Notes: generated by a model from the sequence alone, not told the origin. 64,000 nt of DNA from Candidatus Pacearchaeota archaeon (GCA_017609175.1 JAFCEJ010000001.1:57428-121427); one strand, 5' to 3'; shown: positions 9,543-18,796, numbered from the stretch's first letter. Made by a program: numbers and translations.

Positions 9543-10145
9543 TTATCTAATTGGCCTTTCTTTGTATCTCCTTTTAGGGTCTTCAAAAGGTAAGTGCCTT
9601 TCTATTTCAACATTTTTTATGTCAGTGATATATTCTCCTCTTTCTTGTTCTCTGTTTCTTAATTTATCTGCTTCAGTTTCTATTGCAAATCTTTGTTCTC
9701 TTGTTAAAGGCATTACTCCGGTGTTTATATCTGGCATTAGTGCAGGGACAGGTCTTGTTGTTTCAATATTTTCTGGTTCTGTGGAAGTATAATTAATTTC
9801 AGATTCATTAGATTGAGTTACATAATCTTTTTGTTCTTTTGACTGTTCTTCACTTATTAGGGTATCTATTATGTCTTGTTCTAAATTTACTGGTTGGGCA
9901 GGGGCAGTTTGTTCTAAAACTGGTGCTGGTAAAAATCCGGTAGTTTCTGGAATTTCGGTTTCAGGATTAACCCCCCCTGTTGACTGCAAAAATTCTTGAA
10001 ATCTTTGTGTATCTGAATCTTCCGGCAATTCATCTAATTGTTCTTGCAAATTTTCAGATTCAATTTCTTCTTCAACTTCTTTTTCTAATTCTGAAACTTC
10101 ATGAGAAGCAGAATCTTCCTCCTCTTTTTTTGATTTTTTTGCCAT
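9543..10145 (-). CDS. acidic hypothetical protein
   Basis: 200-aa ORF, Glu/Asp/Gln/Pro-rich, no recognised domain. Confidence 0.5.
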   Translation of the reverse strand: MAKKSKKEEEDSASHEVSELEKEVEEEIESENLQEQLDELPEDSDTQRFQEFLQSTGGVNPETEIPETTGFLPAPVLEQTAPAQPVNLEQDIIDTLISEEQSKEQKDYVTQSNESEINYTSTEPENIETTRPVPALMPDINTGVMPLTREQRFAIETEADKLRNREQERGEYITDIKNVEIERHLPFEDPKRRYKERPIR

Positions 10146-10237
10146 TTTAAGATATTCAACGAATTTTTATTATATTTGTTAAAGTTAATATTCTAAAGAA
10201 GAAGAGAGAGTATATTAAATTTACGATGAAGAATTGA

Positions 10238-11620
10238 TTAAGTATAACTTTCCATGCCGTGAGCTTTTTTGTAGATGTCAAATAGAGTAAATGCAGTATC
10301 TGCTGCGGATTCTGCTGCAACTTTTCTTAAATGGGTTTTTTCAATCCAGTCATCTGGTTTAACAACAATATCTTTAGGTTCTTCTTTTGATTCTGATGGT
10401 TTTTCTTCTTTTTTCTTTTTTTTGTTATATCCACCGATTAATGCCTTGAAAGGATTTGATTCATCTTCTGGTTTTTCTGAGGTATCTGGCTCATTTATAA
10501 ATTCATCAATATCTTTTTGCAATTGCTCTAAACTTTCTGTTGTTGAACCCTCTATTAATGTCAAAACATCTCCAATATCTGATTTGTCTAATTCTCTATT
10601 TAATTTTTTTAGCTCGTCGTCATTTAGAGCATAAGCTTTAAAGCTCATTTGTGATCTCCCTATAAAAACTCCTTGTCGAGGTATTGCTCTTACTGTAAAT
10701 TCAACTAAAATACATGAATAATAATCTCTTTTTGTTTTTAATTTCTGAAAATCTTTTGGAATAACTCCTTCAAGCGCCGCTTTTTCTATGTCTAATTTCT
10801 GTTTTCCGATTAAAGTTAGTTCTAATCTAATTGTATTAAACATATTTACTAATGAAGCCTCTCTTTGTTTTTCCTGTGATTCAAGTTTTTGTGCTGCTCT
10901 CAAATATGGTTTTATCCAACGAGAATAAAGTTTTAAATTATTAACCTGACTTTTCAAATAGGTTTTTTCCATTTCATATCTTTTTCTTAATTCTTTTTCT
11001 GATTGCTCAACCCAAATATTAAACTCATAAATCCTTGGCTTGAGAATTCTTTTTACTCTATCATTTAAATCAAGTTTATCAACATCTTTTGGGTCTTTTA
11101 CAATTAAGAAAGCATCAATTAGAGTTTGGAATCCTGCCTGTCCAAGAGCCATTGCCTTAATGCTTGAATTTCCTCTTTGAACAAGGTCAACTTTATCCAA
11201 CCAGATTTGTTTTAAAGCCAAACGTGCTGCTTCTTTTTCTTTTTCATCTTTTGATTTTAATGAATCATACTGCTGTAATCTCATTTTAAAATCTTTTAAA
11301 TCATAAATAATATTCAAGACACTTCGTAGAACAACGCCTGCATTTGCTAAGAGTTTTGATGCTTCTTCCTGCATTCGTGTTTTTTTCATTCCAATTTCTG
11401 AAAAATGTGCCCCGCCTTCTGTTGATGTAAAATTATCGACGAGCTTTTCAACGTCCAGTCCAAAATCATTCATTAAATCAAGAACAAAAAAATAAATTGC
11501 TTCCACTGTTTCAGCTGTCGTATCATGGTCAATAACATGGGTTGCTTCTGGTCCTCCTTTTTTCTTATAGTAAGGGCTCACCTCTTCTATAATCTCTGAA
11601 ACTGTTTTTATTTCTGCCAT
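10238..11620 (-). CDS. hypothetical protein (460 aa, largely helical)
   Basis: Long ORF with no competing frame and a Lys-rich linker near the C-terminus. No motif recognised. Confidence 0.6.
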   Translation of the reverse strand: MAEIKTVSEIIEEVSPYYKKKGGPEATHVIDHDTTAETVEAIYFFVLDLMNDFGLDVEKLVDNFTSTEGGAHFSEIGMKKTRMQEEASKLLANAGVVLRSVLNIIYDLKDFKMRLQQYDSLKSKDEKEKEAARLALKQIWLDKVDLVQRGNSSIKAMALGQAGFQTLIDAFLIVKDPKDVDKLDLNDRVKRILKPRIYEFNIWVEQSEKELRKRYEMEKTYLKSQVNNLKLYSRWIKPYLRAAQKLESQEKQREASLVNMFNTIRLELTLIGKQKLDIEKAALEGVIPKDFQKLKTKRDYYSCILVEFTVRAIPRQGVFIGRSQMSFKAYALNDDELKKLNRELDKSDIGDVLTLIEGSTTESLEQLQKDIDEFINEPDTSEKPEDESNPFKALIGGYNKKKKKEEKPSESKEEPKDIVVKPDDWIEKTHLRKVAAESAADTAFTLFDIYKKAHGMESYT

Positions 11621-11764
11621 CTTTTATAATAAAATAATGGATTAGAAGTTTAAAAATTCTTTCAAAACGGGTTTTAACATAATCAAAAATTAAAATTCCT
11701 ATCGCTTACGAGTAAACTAATTTAATATAACAATTTTTATAAACAATTAACTCTTGAATTGATT

Positions 11765-12133
11765 ATGGGATTATTTGGATTTGGAAAGAAAAAAGAGGTA
11801 GTTGATTTGGGCGAGAGATATCGGAAACAGCAAGAAAAACTTGCTCAGCAAAAGACAAAAGTTGAAACGTCACAAACATCTGAATCAGGTGAGGGAAATG
11901 CCCTTGGTTTTTTGAGTAGCTTTGCAAAAGTTGGTTCTGAAAATTCTCAAAAAACCGAAACTGAAACAGGGACTTATACTGATTTAGGAGAGAGTATTGA
12001 ACAAAGAAGACAAAGACTTACAAAAAGATTGATGGAAATGACCAACAGAATTGAAGAACTTTCAAATCAGATTTATCATTTGCAGCAAAGAGTTGAACTT
12101 TTAGAAAAGAAGATGGATATTAATGTGGGATAA
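11765..12133 (+). CDS. hypothetical coiled-coil protein
   Basis: The track ORF starts at TTG 11759. The ATG at 11765 (MGLFGFGKKKE) lies about 25 nt after the TATA-like tttttataaac. The C-terminus has a heptad-like pattern. Confidence 0.5.
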   Translation: MGLFGFGKKKEVVDLGERYRKQQEKLAQQKTKVETSQTSESGEGNALGFLSSFAKVGSENSQKTETETGTYTDLGESIEQRRQRLTKRLMEMTNRIEELSNQIYHLQQRVELLEKKMDINVG

Positions 12134-12145
12134 TTTTATTAATGA

Positions 12146-13369
12146 ATGTTTCTTTTGAAGAATATGAAAGATATACAAAAAAAGGTGAGAGCTTATGCTT
12201 TGAAAAATGCAATTGCGCATAACGGAAAAGCTCGACAAGGAGCTGTCATAGCTTCTCTTTTCCACGAGGGTTTGAAAAAAGAAGATATGAAAAGATATGG
12301 TAAGAAAATTTCTGAAATTGTTGCTGAAATAAATAAACTTTCTTTAGAAGAACAAGAAAAAGAATTTGAAAAATTAAAAGAAATTGTCAGCGAGAGAAAA
12401 GTTCGTGAAGGCTTACCTGATTTGCCCGGCGCAAAAAAAGGAAAGGTTATTATGCGGTTTGCTCCCTCTGCTTCAGGACCGTTACATATTGGGCATGCTA
12501 TGACTGCTTGCTTATCATTTTTATTTGTTCAAAAATATGGTGGGAAATTTTATGTAAGAATTGAAGACACTAATCCTGAAAATATTTACAAACCTGCTTA
12601 TAAAATGATTAAAGAAGAAAGTAAATGGCTTTTTGATGGTAAAGCAAAAATTGTGATTCAATCAGAACGAATGGCTCTTTATTATAAATATGCAGAAAAA
12701 CTAATTAAAAAAAAGGCTGCTTATGTCTGCACTTGTTCTGCGGATAAATTTAAGGAATTTGTCAAGGCAAAAAAGAATTGTCCATGCAGGGACTTGAATG
12801 TTGATGAGAATTTAGAAAGATGGAAAAAAATGTTGGATAAAAAAGGGTATGGGGTTGGTGAAGCGGTTTTAAGGTTTAAATCAAGTATGAAAGATAAAAA
12901 TCCTGCTATGAGAGATTTTCCATTGGCGCGTATTAATCTAACAGAACATCCTTTACAAAAAAAGAAATACCGAGTCTGGCCTTTGATGAATCTTGCTGTA
13001 ACTGTTGATGATATTGAGATGAAAATGACCCACATTATTCGAGCGAAAGACCACAGGGATAATGCAAAAAGACAAGAAATGATTTACAAAGTTTTAGGAA
13101 AGAAATTTCCATGGACTGGATTTTTAGGACGATTTAAGTTTAAGGATTTGGAATTATCAACAACAAAAATGAGGAAGGCGATTGAGGAAGGGAAGTATAA
13201 GGGGTGGGGTGATAGGAGGCTTCCAACAATTGCAGCATTGAAAAAGAAATACAAACCGCAAGCATTTTGGAAGTTTGCAGAAAAAATTGGGTTATCAGAA
13301 AACGATAAAGTAATTGAGAAGAAAGAATATTTTTTATTGCTTGATAATTTTAATAAGAATGCAGAATAA
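12146..13369 (+). CDS. gltX: glutamyl-tRNA synthetase, archaeal type, lacking the C-terminal anticodon-binding domains
   Basis: RFAPSASGPLHIGHA (HIGH motif), YVRIEDTNPE and LSTTKMRK...GWGDRRLPTIAAL are class I GlxRS catalytic-core motifs. The protein ends at 407 aa. Confidence 0.85.
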   Translation: MFLLKNMKDIQKKVRAYALKNAIAHNGKARQGAVIASLFHEGLKKEDMKRYGKKISEIVAEINKLSLEEQEKEFEKLKEIVSERKVREGLPDLPGAKKGKVIMRFAPSASGPLHIGHAMTACLSFLFVQKYGGKFYVRIEDTNPENIYKPAYKMIKEESKWLFDGKAKIVIQSERMALYYKYAEKLIKKKAAYVCTCSADKFKEFVKAKKNCPCRDLNVDENLERWKKMLDKKGYGVGEAVLRFKSSMKDKNPAMRDFPLARINLTEHPLQKKKYRVWPLMNLAVTVDDIEMKMTHIIRAKDHRDNAKRQEMIYKVLGKKFPWTGFLGRFKFKDLELSTTKMRKAIEEGKYKGWGDRRLPTIAALKKKYKPQAFWKFAEKIGLSENDKVIEKKEYFLLLDNFNKNAE

Positions 13370-13426
13370 AAACATTTTTATATGCCTTAAACGAATAAAT
13401 TATATAAATTATGAAAGGAGGTAAAA

Positions 13427-13702
13427 ATGAAAAATAAAAGAGGAATGTCTGGTATTATGACTACATTGATTATAGTCCTGTTAGCTTTAGTGGCAATAGG
13501 CATTGTTTGGAAAACTGTTTTACCCATAGTCAATAAGGGAGCAGAAAGTGCAGAAACAGAAGGAACTTATTTAACTTCATATTGTGAGGATGATGAAGTT
13601 GGGGGGATAATTTGTAACGAAGATGAAATATGTACTGGTAGGGAAGTAACTACTTTAGATACAAGCCGATGTTGTATTGATGGTGAATGTGAAGTGCCAT
13701 AA
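13427..13702 (+). CDS. type IV pilin-like (class III signal peptide) small secreted protein with Cys-rich C-terminus
   Basis: MKNKRG|MSGIMTTLIIVLLALVAIGIVW fits an archaeal prepilin signal. Strong SD (aaaggaggtaaaaATG). There are 6 Cys in the last 45 aa. Confidence 0.6.
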   Translation: MKNKRGMSGIMTTLIIVLLALVAIGIVWKTVLPIVNKGAESAETEGTYLTSYCEDDEVGGIICNEDEICTGREVTTLDTSRCCIDGECEVP

Positions 13703-13720
13703 AATTAAATTTTTTAATTT

Positions 13721-14905
13721 TTAATCTGTAGATTTTTTTAGAATATAGACTTGGTCATTTTTTCTAACTTTTGTTGGAATCTTGATTCCAACTTCATCTC
13801 CTTTGCCTGCTTTTTTTACTGGCTTGTTTTTTATTTCCATACTTGTTATTTCAGAATACAAAATTCCTGTTGTTTTTCCAATTACTATAATTTTATCATT
13901 TAGTTTTAGTTGTGAGACAAGTTTTATTGTCGCGACCTTTATTTTTGGAAAATAATGGATTACTTTCCCTACAAAATGTTTTTTCTCTGTTGCTGCACTG
14001 TGTTCTACTTTTGCGAAATCATCTGGAGTGGGAAATCCCAAATAAAATCCAGATGAAAATCCCCTGTTGTAAACTTTTTCTAATTCTTTAAGAAGTTGAT
14101 TGATTTCTTTTTTGGATAATTTTTTATCTAATGCTTTTCGGTAAACTTTCACAACTGTGTCTACATATCGTGGGTCTCTATTTCGGCCCTCTATTTTAAA
14201 AGAAGTTATTCCTGCTTGTTTTAATTTTTCTATGAATGGCAGGGTGCATAAATCTTTTGCTGAAAGAACTTTATTGTTTTCTAATTTCAATTCATATCCT
14301 TCTTGAATGTCTTTAACGATGTAACTTCTTCGGCAGGGGTGGATACATTCCCCCCGATTCGCTGATTTATTAAAGAGAAATTGTGAAGTAAAGCATCTTC
14401 CTGAAATTGAAACGCACATTGCACCGTGAATGAAAACCTCAATATCAATTATCTTTGAGATTTGTTTTATTTGTTTTAGATTTAATTCTCTTGCTAATAC
14501 AATCCTTTTTGCTCCAAGTTTTTTATAGAACTTTGCAGATTCTGAATTTGAAACAGATGCCTGAGTTGAAATGTGGAAAGGGATTTTGTATTTTTTACAG
14601 AGCCTGATAACTGACAAATCCCAACAAATTACTGCATCTATTTTTCCTTTAATTTTTTTGATAATTTTTTCTAATTTTTTTAATTCATTGTCATAGATTA
14701 TTGTGTTTAATGTGAGATATCTTTTTACTTTCTTTGGCTTACAGATTTTTTCTATTTTATCCAAATCTTTTATTGTAAAATTTTTTGCATTTGCCCGCAT
14801 GGAGAATTCTTTTAATCCAAAATAAACTGCATCAGCGCCGGCATTTACGGCTGCTACTAACATTGGAAAATCTCCTGCTGGTGCGAGTAATTCTGGTTTT
14901 TTCAT
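13721..14905 (-). CDS. peptidase U32 family protein
   Basis: N-terminus KPELLAPAGDFPMLVAAVNAGADAVYFG together with the CxxxxxxxC-containing core is typical of the U32 family. Confidence 0.85.
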   Translation of the reverse strand: MKKPELLAPAGDFPMLVAAVNAGADAVYFGLKEFSMRANAKNFTIKDLDKIEKICKPKKVKRYLTLNTIIYDNELKKLEKIIKKIKGKIDAVICWDLSVIRLCKKYKIPFHISTQASVSNSESAKFYKKLGAKRIVLARELNLKQIKQISKIIDIEVFIHGAMCVSISGRCFTSQFLFNKSANRGECIHPCRRSYIVKDIQEGYELKLENNKVLSAKDLCTLPFIEKLKQAGITSFKIEGRNRDPRYVDTVVKVYRKALDKKLSKKEINQLLKELEKVYNRGFSSGFYLGFPTPDDFAKVEHSAATEKKHFVGKVIHYFPKIKVATIKLVSQLKLNDKIIVIGKTTGILYSEITSMEIKNKPVKKAGKGDEVGIKIPTKVRKNDQVYILKKSTD

Positions 14906-15061
14906 AATATAGTTAATTTTAAATAGCTTATAAATTTTGTATTTTTATGACAGCTAGAATTAAAAGCCGAGGTTGTCGGCATCATTGTTGAGAAGAATTT
15001 TATTAGCTGTGCGTTTTCTAAAAGTAATGTTTTTAAGTTAAATAATATTTTAAATTATAAT

Positions 15062-15172
15062 GGTGGATGTAGTTTAGTGGCAGAACGTACGGTTGTGGCG
15101 AGCAATTTCGCTAAAGGATGTGATTTTGCTTGCAAAATCCGTAAAGCGAGAGTTCGATTCTCTCCTTCCACC
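15062..15172 (+). tRNA. tRNA-His(GUG) with encoded G-1 and ~39-nt intron
   Basis: G-1 (15062) is opposite discriminator C73 (15172). Acceptor GTGGATG/CTTCCAC has one U-U mismatch. D arm GTTT-AGTGGCA-GAAC, anticodon stem TACGG/CCGTA, loop TTGTGG. Intron about 15099-15137. T arm GAGAG-TTCGATT-CTCTC. Confidence 0.85.
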
Positions 15173-15219
15173 CTATGCTTTTTCAAAAAAAGCACAAATA
15201 TACAAAGAGGTGGATTAAA

Positions 15220-16356
15220 ATGATAGATTTAGTAAAAGGATTCAAGGATTTTTCTGGTGAAGAGGCAGAAAAAAGAGCCGAGATAAAAAAAATTCTAATT
15301 AATATTTTTGAAAAATATGGGTTTGAACCAGCCGAGACACCTATAATAGAATACGCGGAATTTGTAAGAGGAGAAAATGTTAATGATGAAGCAGTTTCAG
15401 ATATATTTAGATTAAAAGACAAGGGAAAAAGAAATCTGGCTTTAAGATATGAATTTACATTTCAATTAAAAAGATTGGCGAAGAACGAAAAACTTCCTTA
15501 TAAACGATATCAAATTGGAGAGGTTTTTAGAGATGAACCAATAAGTTCGAACAGATTCAGGCAATTTACTCAATGCGATGTTGATATTGTTGGGAGCACT
15601 ATAAAAGATGAGGCAGAGATTTTATCTGTTGTGAAAAGGGTTTTAGATAAATTAGGAATTAAATTTACAATTTATTTTAATAATCGGAAACTGTTGAATG
15701 AGATTTTACAAGAACAAGGAATTAAGCAAAAAGAAAGAGTAATTAGAGAGATTGATAAATTAGACAAATTAAGTGAAAAAGAAGTTAAAAATAATTTAAA
15801 AAAATTTAATGCGGAAAAGGTTCTTGCTATTTTTAAAAAACCTGAATCTTATTTTAAAAAATATAAAGCTTATTCTGAAATTGAAGAATTAAAAAAATAT
15901 TGCAAATATTATAATATTAATATTAAATTTCAGCCGTCATTAGCCCGCGGTTTAAGTTATTATAATGGCAGTGTTTTTGAAATAAAAACTTCCAAAATGA
16001 AAGAAACTATTTGTGGGGGGGGAAGTTTTATGTTTAATAATATCCAATCAACAGGAATTAGTTTTGGATTAGATAGGTTAGCCAAGATTGCTAAAATTAA
16101 AAATAAAAAAGAAAAGATAATGATAATTAGTATCAGACAGGATAAAGAGGCTATTAAGATTGCAGAAAAATTAAGGAATAAGGAAAAGATTTGTTTAATT
16201 TATTATGGCAAACCATCAAAAGCTCTAACCTATGCAAATTCAAAAAGAATTGATAAAGTAATTTTTATGGGAAATGAAGAAATTAAAAAGAAAAAATTTA
16301 AAGTTAGGGATATGAAAAGTGGAAAAGAAAGATTTGTTACGGAAAAAGATTTTTGA
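15220..16356 (+). CDS. hisS: histidyl-tRNA synthetase
   Basis: VKGFKDF, RYEFTFQLKR and FRDEPISSNRFRQFTQCDVDIVG match class II HisRS motifs. Start placed at the ATG preceded by the SD agaggtgga, rather than the track start at 15175, which abuts the tRNA. Confidence 0.85.
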   Translation: MIDLVKGFKDFSGEEAEKRAEIKKILINIFEKYGFEPAETPIIEYAEFVRGENVNDEAVSDIFRLKDKGKRNLALRYEFTFQLKRLAKNEKLPYKRYQIGEVFRDEPISSNRFRQFTQCDVDIVGSTIKDEAEILSVVKRVLDKLGIKFTIYFNNRKLLNEILQEQGIKQKERVIREIDKLDKLSEKEVKNNLKKFNAEKVLAIFKKPESYFKKYKAYSEIEELKKYCKYYNINIKFQPSLARGLSYYNGSVFEIKTSKMKETICGGGSFMFNNIQSTGISFGLDRLAKIAKIKNKKEKIMIISIRQDKEAIKIAEKLRNKEKICLIYYGKPSKALTYANSKRIDKVIFMGNEEIKKKKFKVRDMKSGKERFVTEKDF

Positions 16357-16585
16357 TTATTTAAGAAATTTAAAACAAGGAGAGATTACAACATATAAGT
16401 TTTTAGCAGAAAAATTTAACTCTCATCCAAGAGCTATTGCAAAAATTTTATCCAGCAATCGGGATAAATCGGTTCCGTGTTATAGGGTTATAAGAAGTGA
16501 TGGAAAACTTGGAGGGTATAATGGCTTATTAGGAAAAAGTAAAAAAGAATTATTAAAAGATTATTTTAAGACTATTGAGAAATGA
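16319..16585 (+). CDS. MGMT/Ogt-family DNA-binding domain protein (stand-alone, PCYR instead of PCHR)
   Basis: GEITTYKFLAEKF..HPRAIAKILSSN....VPCYRVIRSDGKLGGY matches the alkyltransferase C-terminal domain. Overlaps the hisS 3' end by 38 nt. Confidence 0.65.
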   Translation: MEKKDLLRKKIFDYLRNLKQGEITTYKFLAEKFNSHPRAIAKILSSNRDKSVPCYRVIRSDGKLGGYNGLLGKSKKELLKDYFKTIEK

Positions 16586-16631
16586 AAGTTTTGATTAGAT
16601 TTTTATTCCTTACCTCTGGATAAAATAAGAT

Positions 16632-16653
16632 TTTGTAAAATTGGTTTTACAAA
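16632..16653. terminator. perfect 9-bp palindromic hairpin between convergent genes
   Basis: tttgtaaaa-ttgg-ttttacaaa. It lies between 16319..16585 (+) and 16698..17366 (-). Confidence 0.4.
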
Positions 16654-16697
16654 TTCAAATTAATGGAAAGGATTTTTACAAATATCAATTATCAAAA

Positions 16698-17366
16698 TCA
16701 CTTTAATTCTATCTCCATTTTCCATGAATTTTCTTCGCCAGAGATTTTTTTGTTTTTGATTTCAAGGGGTTTCTTGAAAAGCGGACAATCCAAGACAAAT
16801 GTTTCAAATTCTCCACCTTCGCCTGCAGGGTGGATTTTGTATTCCTTATTAAGCTCTTTGATTTGTTCTATAAATTTCTTGTTTATTACTTTTCCAAGCC
16901 AGGATTTGTCTAAAGGATAAGCAAAAACACCTGTGATTATAATTTTGAATCTATTTTTGATTAATTCATTGAGATATTCAAATTCATTTTTCTGCCATAA
17001 AGGATTAAAACATTCTAAATCCAGTTTGTCACAAATTTTCTGAATTCGTGAGGTCTGATAGACGGAGTGAAGAGCACCAGTAACAATTGCTTTAATTTGA
17101 TATTTCTCTTTTGCTTTTTTAATTGCCTTTTCTAAATCCTTTAATTCAATTTCTTTCTTTCCTTTTGTTGTTTGAACAATAATTGGCAACCCCATTTTTT
17201 TTGCTTGTTTTTCTACAAGATGTATATTTGGGGTATGAAACATATAAGATTCTGGGTTTTCAGAAATGATTGAAATAAGGCAAGTTAATTCGTGGCCTGC
17301 TTGCTTTGCCAAATAAGCCGCATAACAGCTATCTTTACCGCCTGAGAATAATATAGCAGTTTTCAT
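16698..17366 (-). CDS. dph6: diphthine-ammonia ligase (Dph6, MJ0570-type PP-loop ATPase)
   Basis: AILFSGGKDS PP-loop motif, ...TPNIHL..., and IVTGALHSVYQ..RIQ.IC..L are typical of this family. Confidence 0.8.
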   Translation of the reverse strand: MKTAILFSGGKDSCYAAYLAKQAGHELTCLISIISENPESYMFHTPNIHLVEKQAKKMGLPIIVQTTKGKKEIELKDLEKAIKKAKEKYQIKAIVTGALHSVYQTSRIQKICDKLDLECFNPLWQKNEFEYLNELIKNRFKIIITGVFAYPLDKSWLGKVINKKFIEQIKELNKEYKIHPAGEGGEFETFVLDCPLFKKPLEIKNKKISGEENSWKMEIELK

Positions 17367-17452
17367 ATTTTTAGAAGTAGAGAATAGTTTAAAATTTTAT
17401 CTTAAATGCAATTAATCACAACAAAATTTAAAAATTTTGAAGGATTTTCTTT

Positions 17453-17869
17453 TTGATGGAAGAATTCTATAATCAGAAAAATGGTTTTATGATAACCTTG
17501 GAAGACCACCTAAGATTAAAATATGGAGCTAGATGGAGTTATCCTCATGATAAAACATTCAGTTTTGGTCAACCAATTGATAACAATGGATTTTTCTTCT
17601 ATAAAGATAAATGCAGCAACCCCCCAAGGAATGAGGAAGATGTTCTAAATGATATTGATAAATTTGCTTCTGAGAAAGGTTATGAAACGAAATTAATAAA
17701 AAAAGAAAATCCAAAAATTGAATATTTAAAAATTAAGTTGGGCGGAGAAGAATATTTAATCATTGCGGGTATTGATAAAGGATATGCTGGAGAAATTAGA
17801 ATAGAATGTACGAAATCTCCTCGCCCTTTTTTAGAAAAGATTATAAGAGAGGCTTTAAGGAAAAAGTAA
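17453..17869 (+). CDS. hypothetical protein
   Basis: 138-aa ORF, no motif recognised. Confidence 0.5.
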   Translation: MMEEFYNQKNGFMITLEDHLRLKYGARWSYPHDKTFSFGQPIDNNGFFFYKDKCSNPPRNEEDVLNDIDKFASEKGYETKLIKKENPKIEYLKIKLGGEEYLIIAGIDKGYAGEIRIECTKSPRPFLEKIIREALRKK

Positions 17870-17887
17870 GTTTTGTAAGTAGATTAA

Positions 17888-18796
17888 TTAAATTGGCTCT
17901 TTTAAATCCCCAAACATTTCTTTTAGAGGGTTATCATAATTTTTATTGATGTCTTCTAATCTTTGTTTTTGTTCTTTGTCGAGTTCTTGGATTTGTTCTT
18001 CAATTTCTTCTTTCAAATCTGCAAAAGGGTCTGGATTATATTGAAAATAGGTTTTTCTCATCCAAATATAAATTTCTTCAAAATGGCCATTTTGCTCCAT
18101 CCAAATTTTTTTCTGATTTTCTAAATGAAGGAGGGGGAAAAAAGAAATTATTTTTTCTTCTTTGTTATTTCCAGTAAATTCAGAATAGGAAATTTTCTTT
18201 TTTTCTTTATTTTTTTCAAAATGAGTGAAAAGCTTATTATAAATCTCTTTTATTTTGTCTTTTATACTAATTCTTTTTTTTGGCATTGCAATTCCAACTT
18301 CTCTAAGAGCGTTTTTATTAAGGATTTCTTTTTTGATTCTCCTGTTTTCTGTAACAATTGCTTTGTTTAGTGCTTCCAATAGTTCCTTCAATGTAACTTG
18401 TCTTAACCGTGGAATTGGACTTCGTGGAACAAGTTCTGGAATTTCTTCATCCAGTTCAATTCTTTCCATGGAATATCTTGGTTCTTCTTTTTTTCCAAAA
18501 AGAATGTCGTCTATACTCTTTATGTGTTTATTTAAGAGAATTTCTGATTTGATTCTTAGCAAAAGTGCAGCAGCAAGCAATACTTTACTTGAAATAAAAA
18601 AGTCTGCTTCTTCTAACTTCTTGATTTTTTCTAAATAACCATTTGTCAAAACAACTATATCAATATCCCAAGGATCTAATTGTTCTGTATTAATTAAATC
18701 ATATATTATTTCCTGCCAGCCGAGTTCTCTGCTAAAGAGCAAATTATGGATTTGTTCTTGTTTTACATTATTCTTTTGGGCCTCTTTTTTACTCAT
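17888..18796 (-). CDS. scpA: segregation and condensation protein A (kleisin ScpA)
   Basis: LDPWDIDIVVLTNGYLEKIKKLEEADFFISSKVLLAAALLLRIKSEILL is the typical ScpA N-terminal region. Confidence 0.8.
   Translation of the reverse strand: MSKKEAQKNNVKQEQIHNLLFSRELGWQEIIYDLINTEQLDPWDIDIVVLTNGYLEKIKKLEEADFFISSKVLLAAALLLRIKSEILLNKHIKSIDDILFGKKEEPRYSMERIELDEEIPELVPRSPIPRLRQVTLKELLEALNKAIVTENRRIKKEILNKNALREVGIAMPKKRISIKDKIKEIYNKLFTHFEKNKEKKKISYSEFTGNNKEEKIISFFPLLHLENQKKIWMEQNGHFEEIYIWMRKTYFQYNPDPFADLKEEIEEQIQELDKEQKQRLEDINKNYDNPLKEMFGDLKEPI

Noticed and set aside
15175-15219. Track start of hisS at 15175, and likewise the track starts 40923 for rps12, 41338 for rps7, 24752 for DUF1858 and 52234 for the surface protein.
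   Set aside because: The N-terminal extensions abut or overlap upstream genes or the tRNA, lack conservation-like sequence, and internal ATGs fit family N-termini or signal peptides better.
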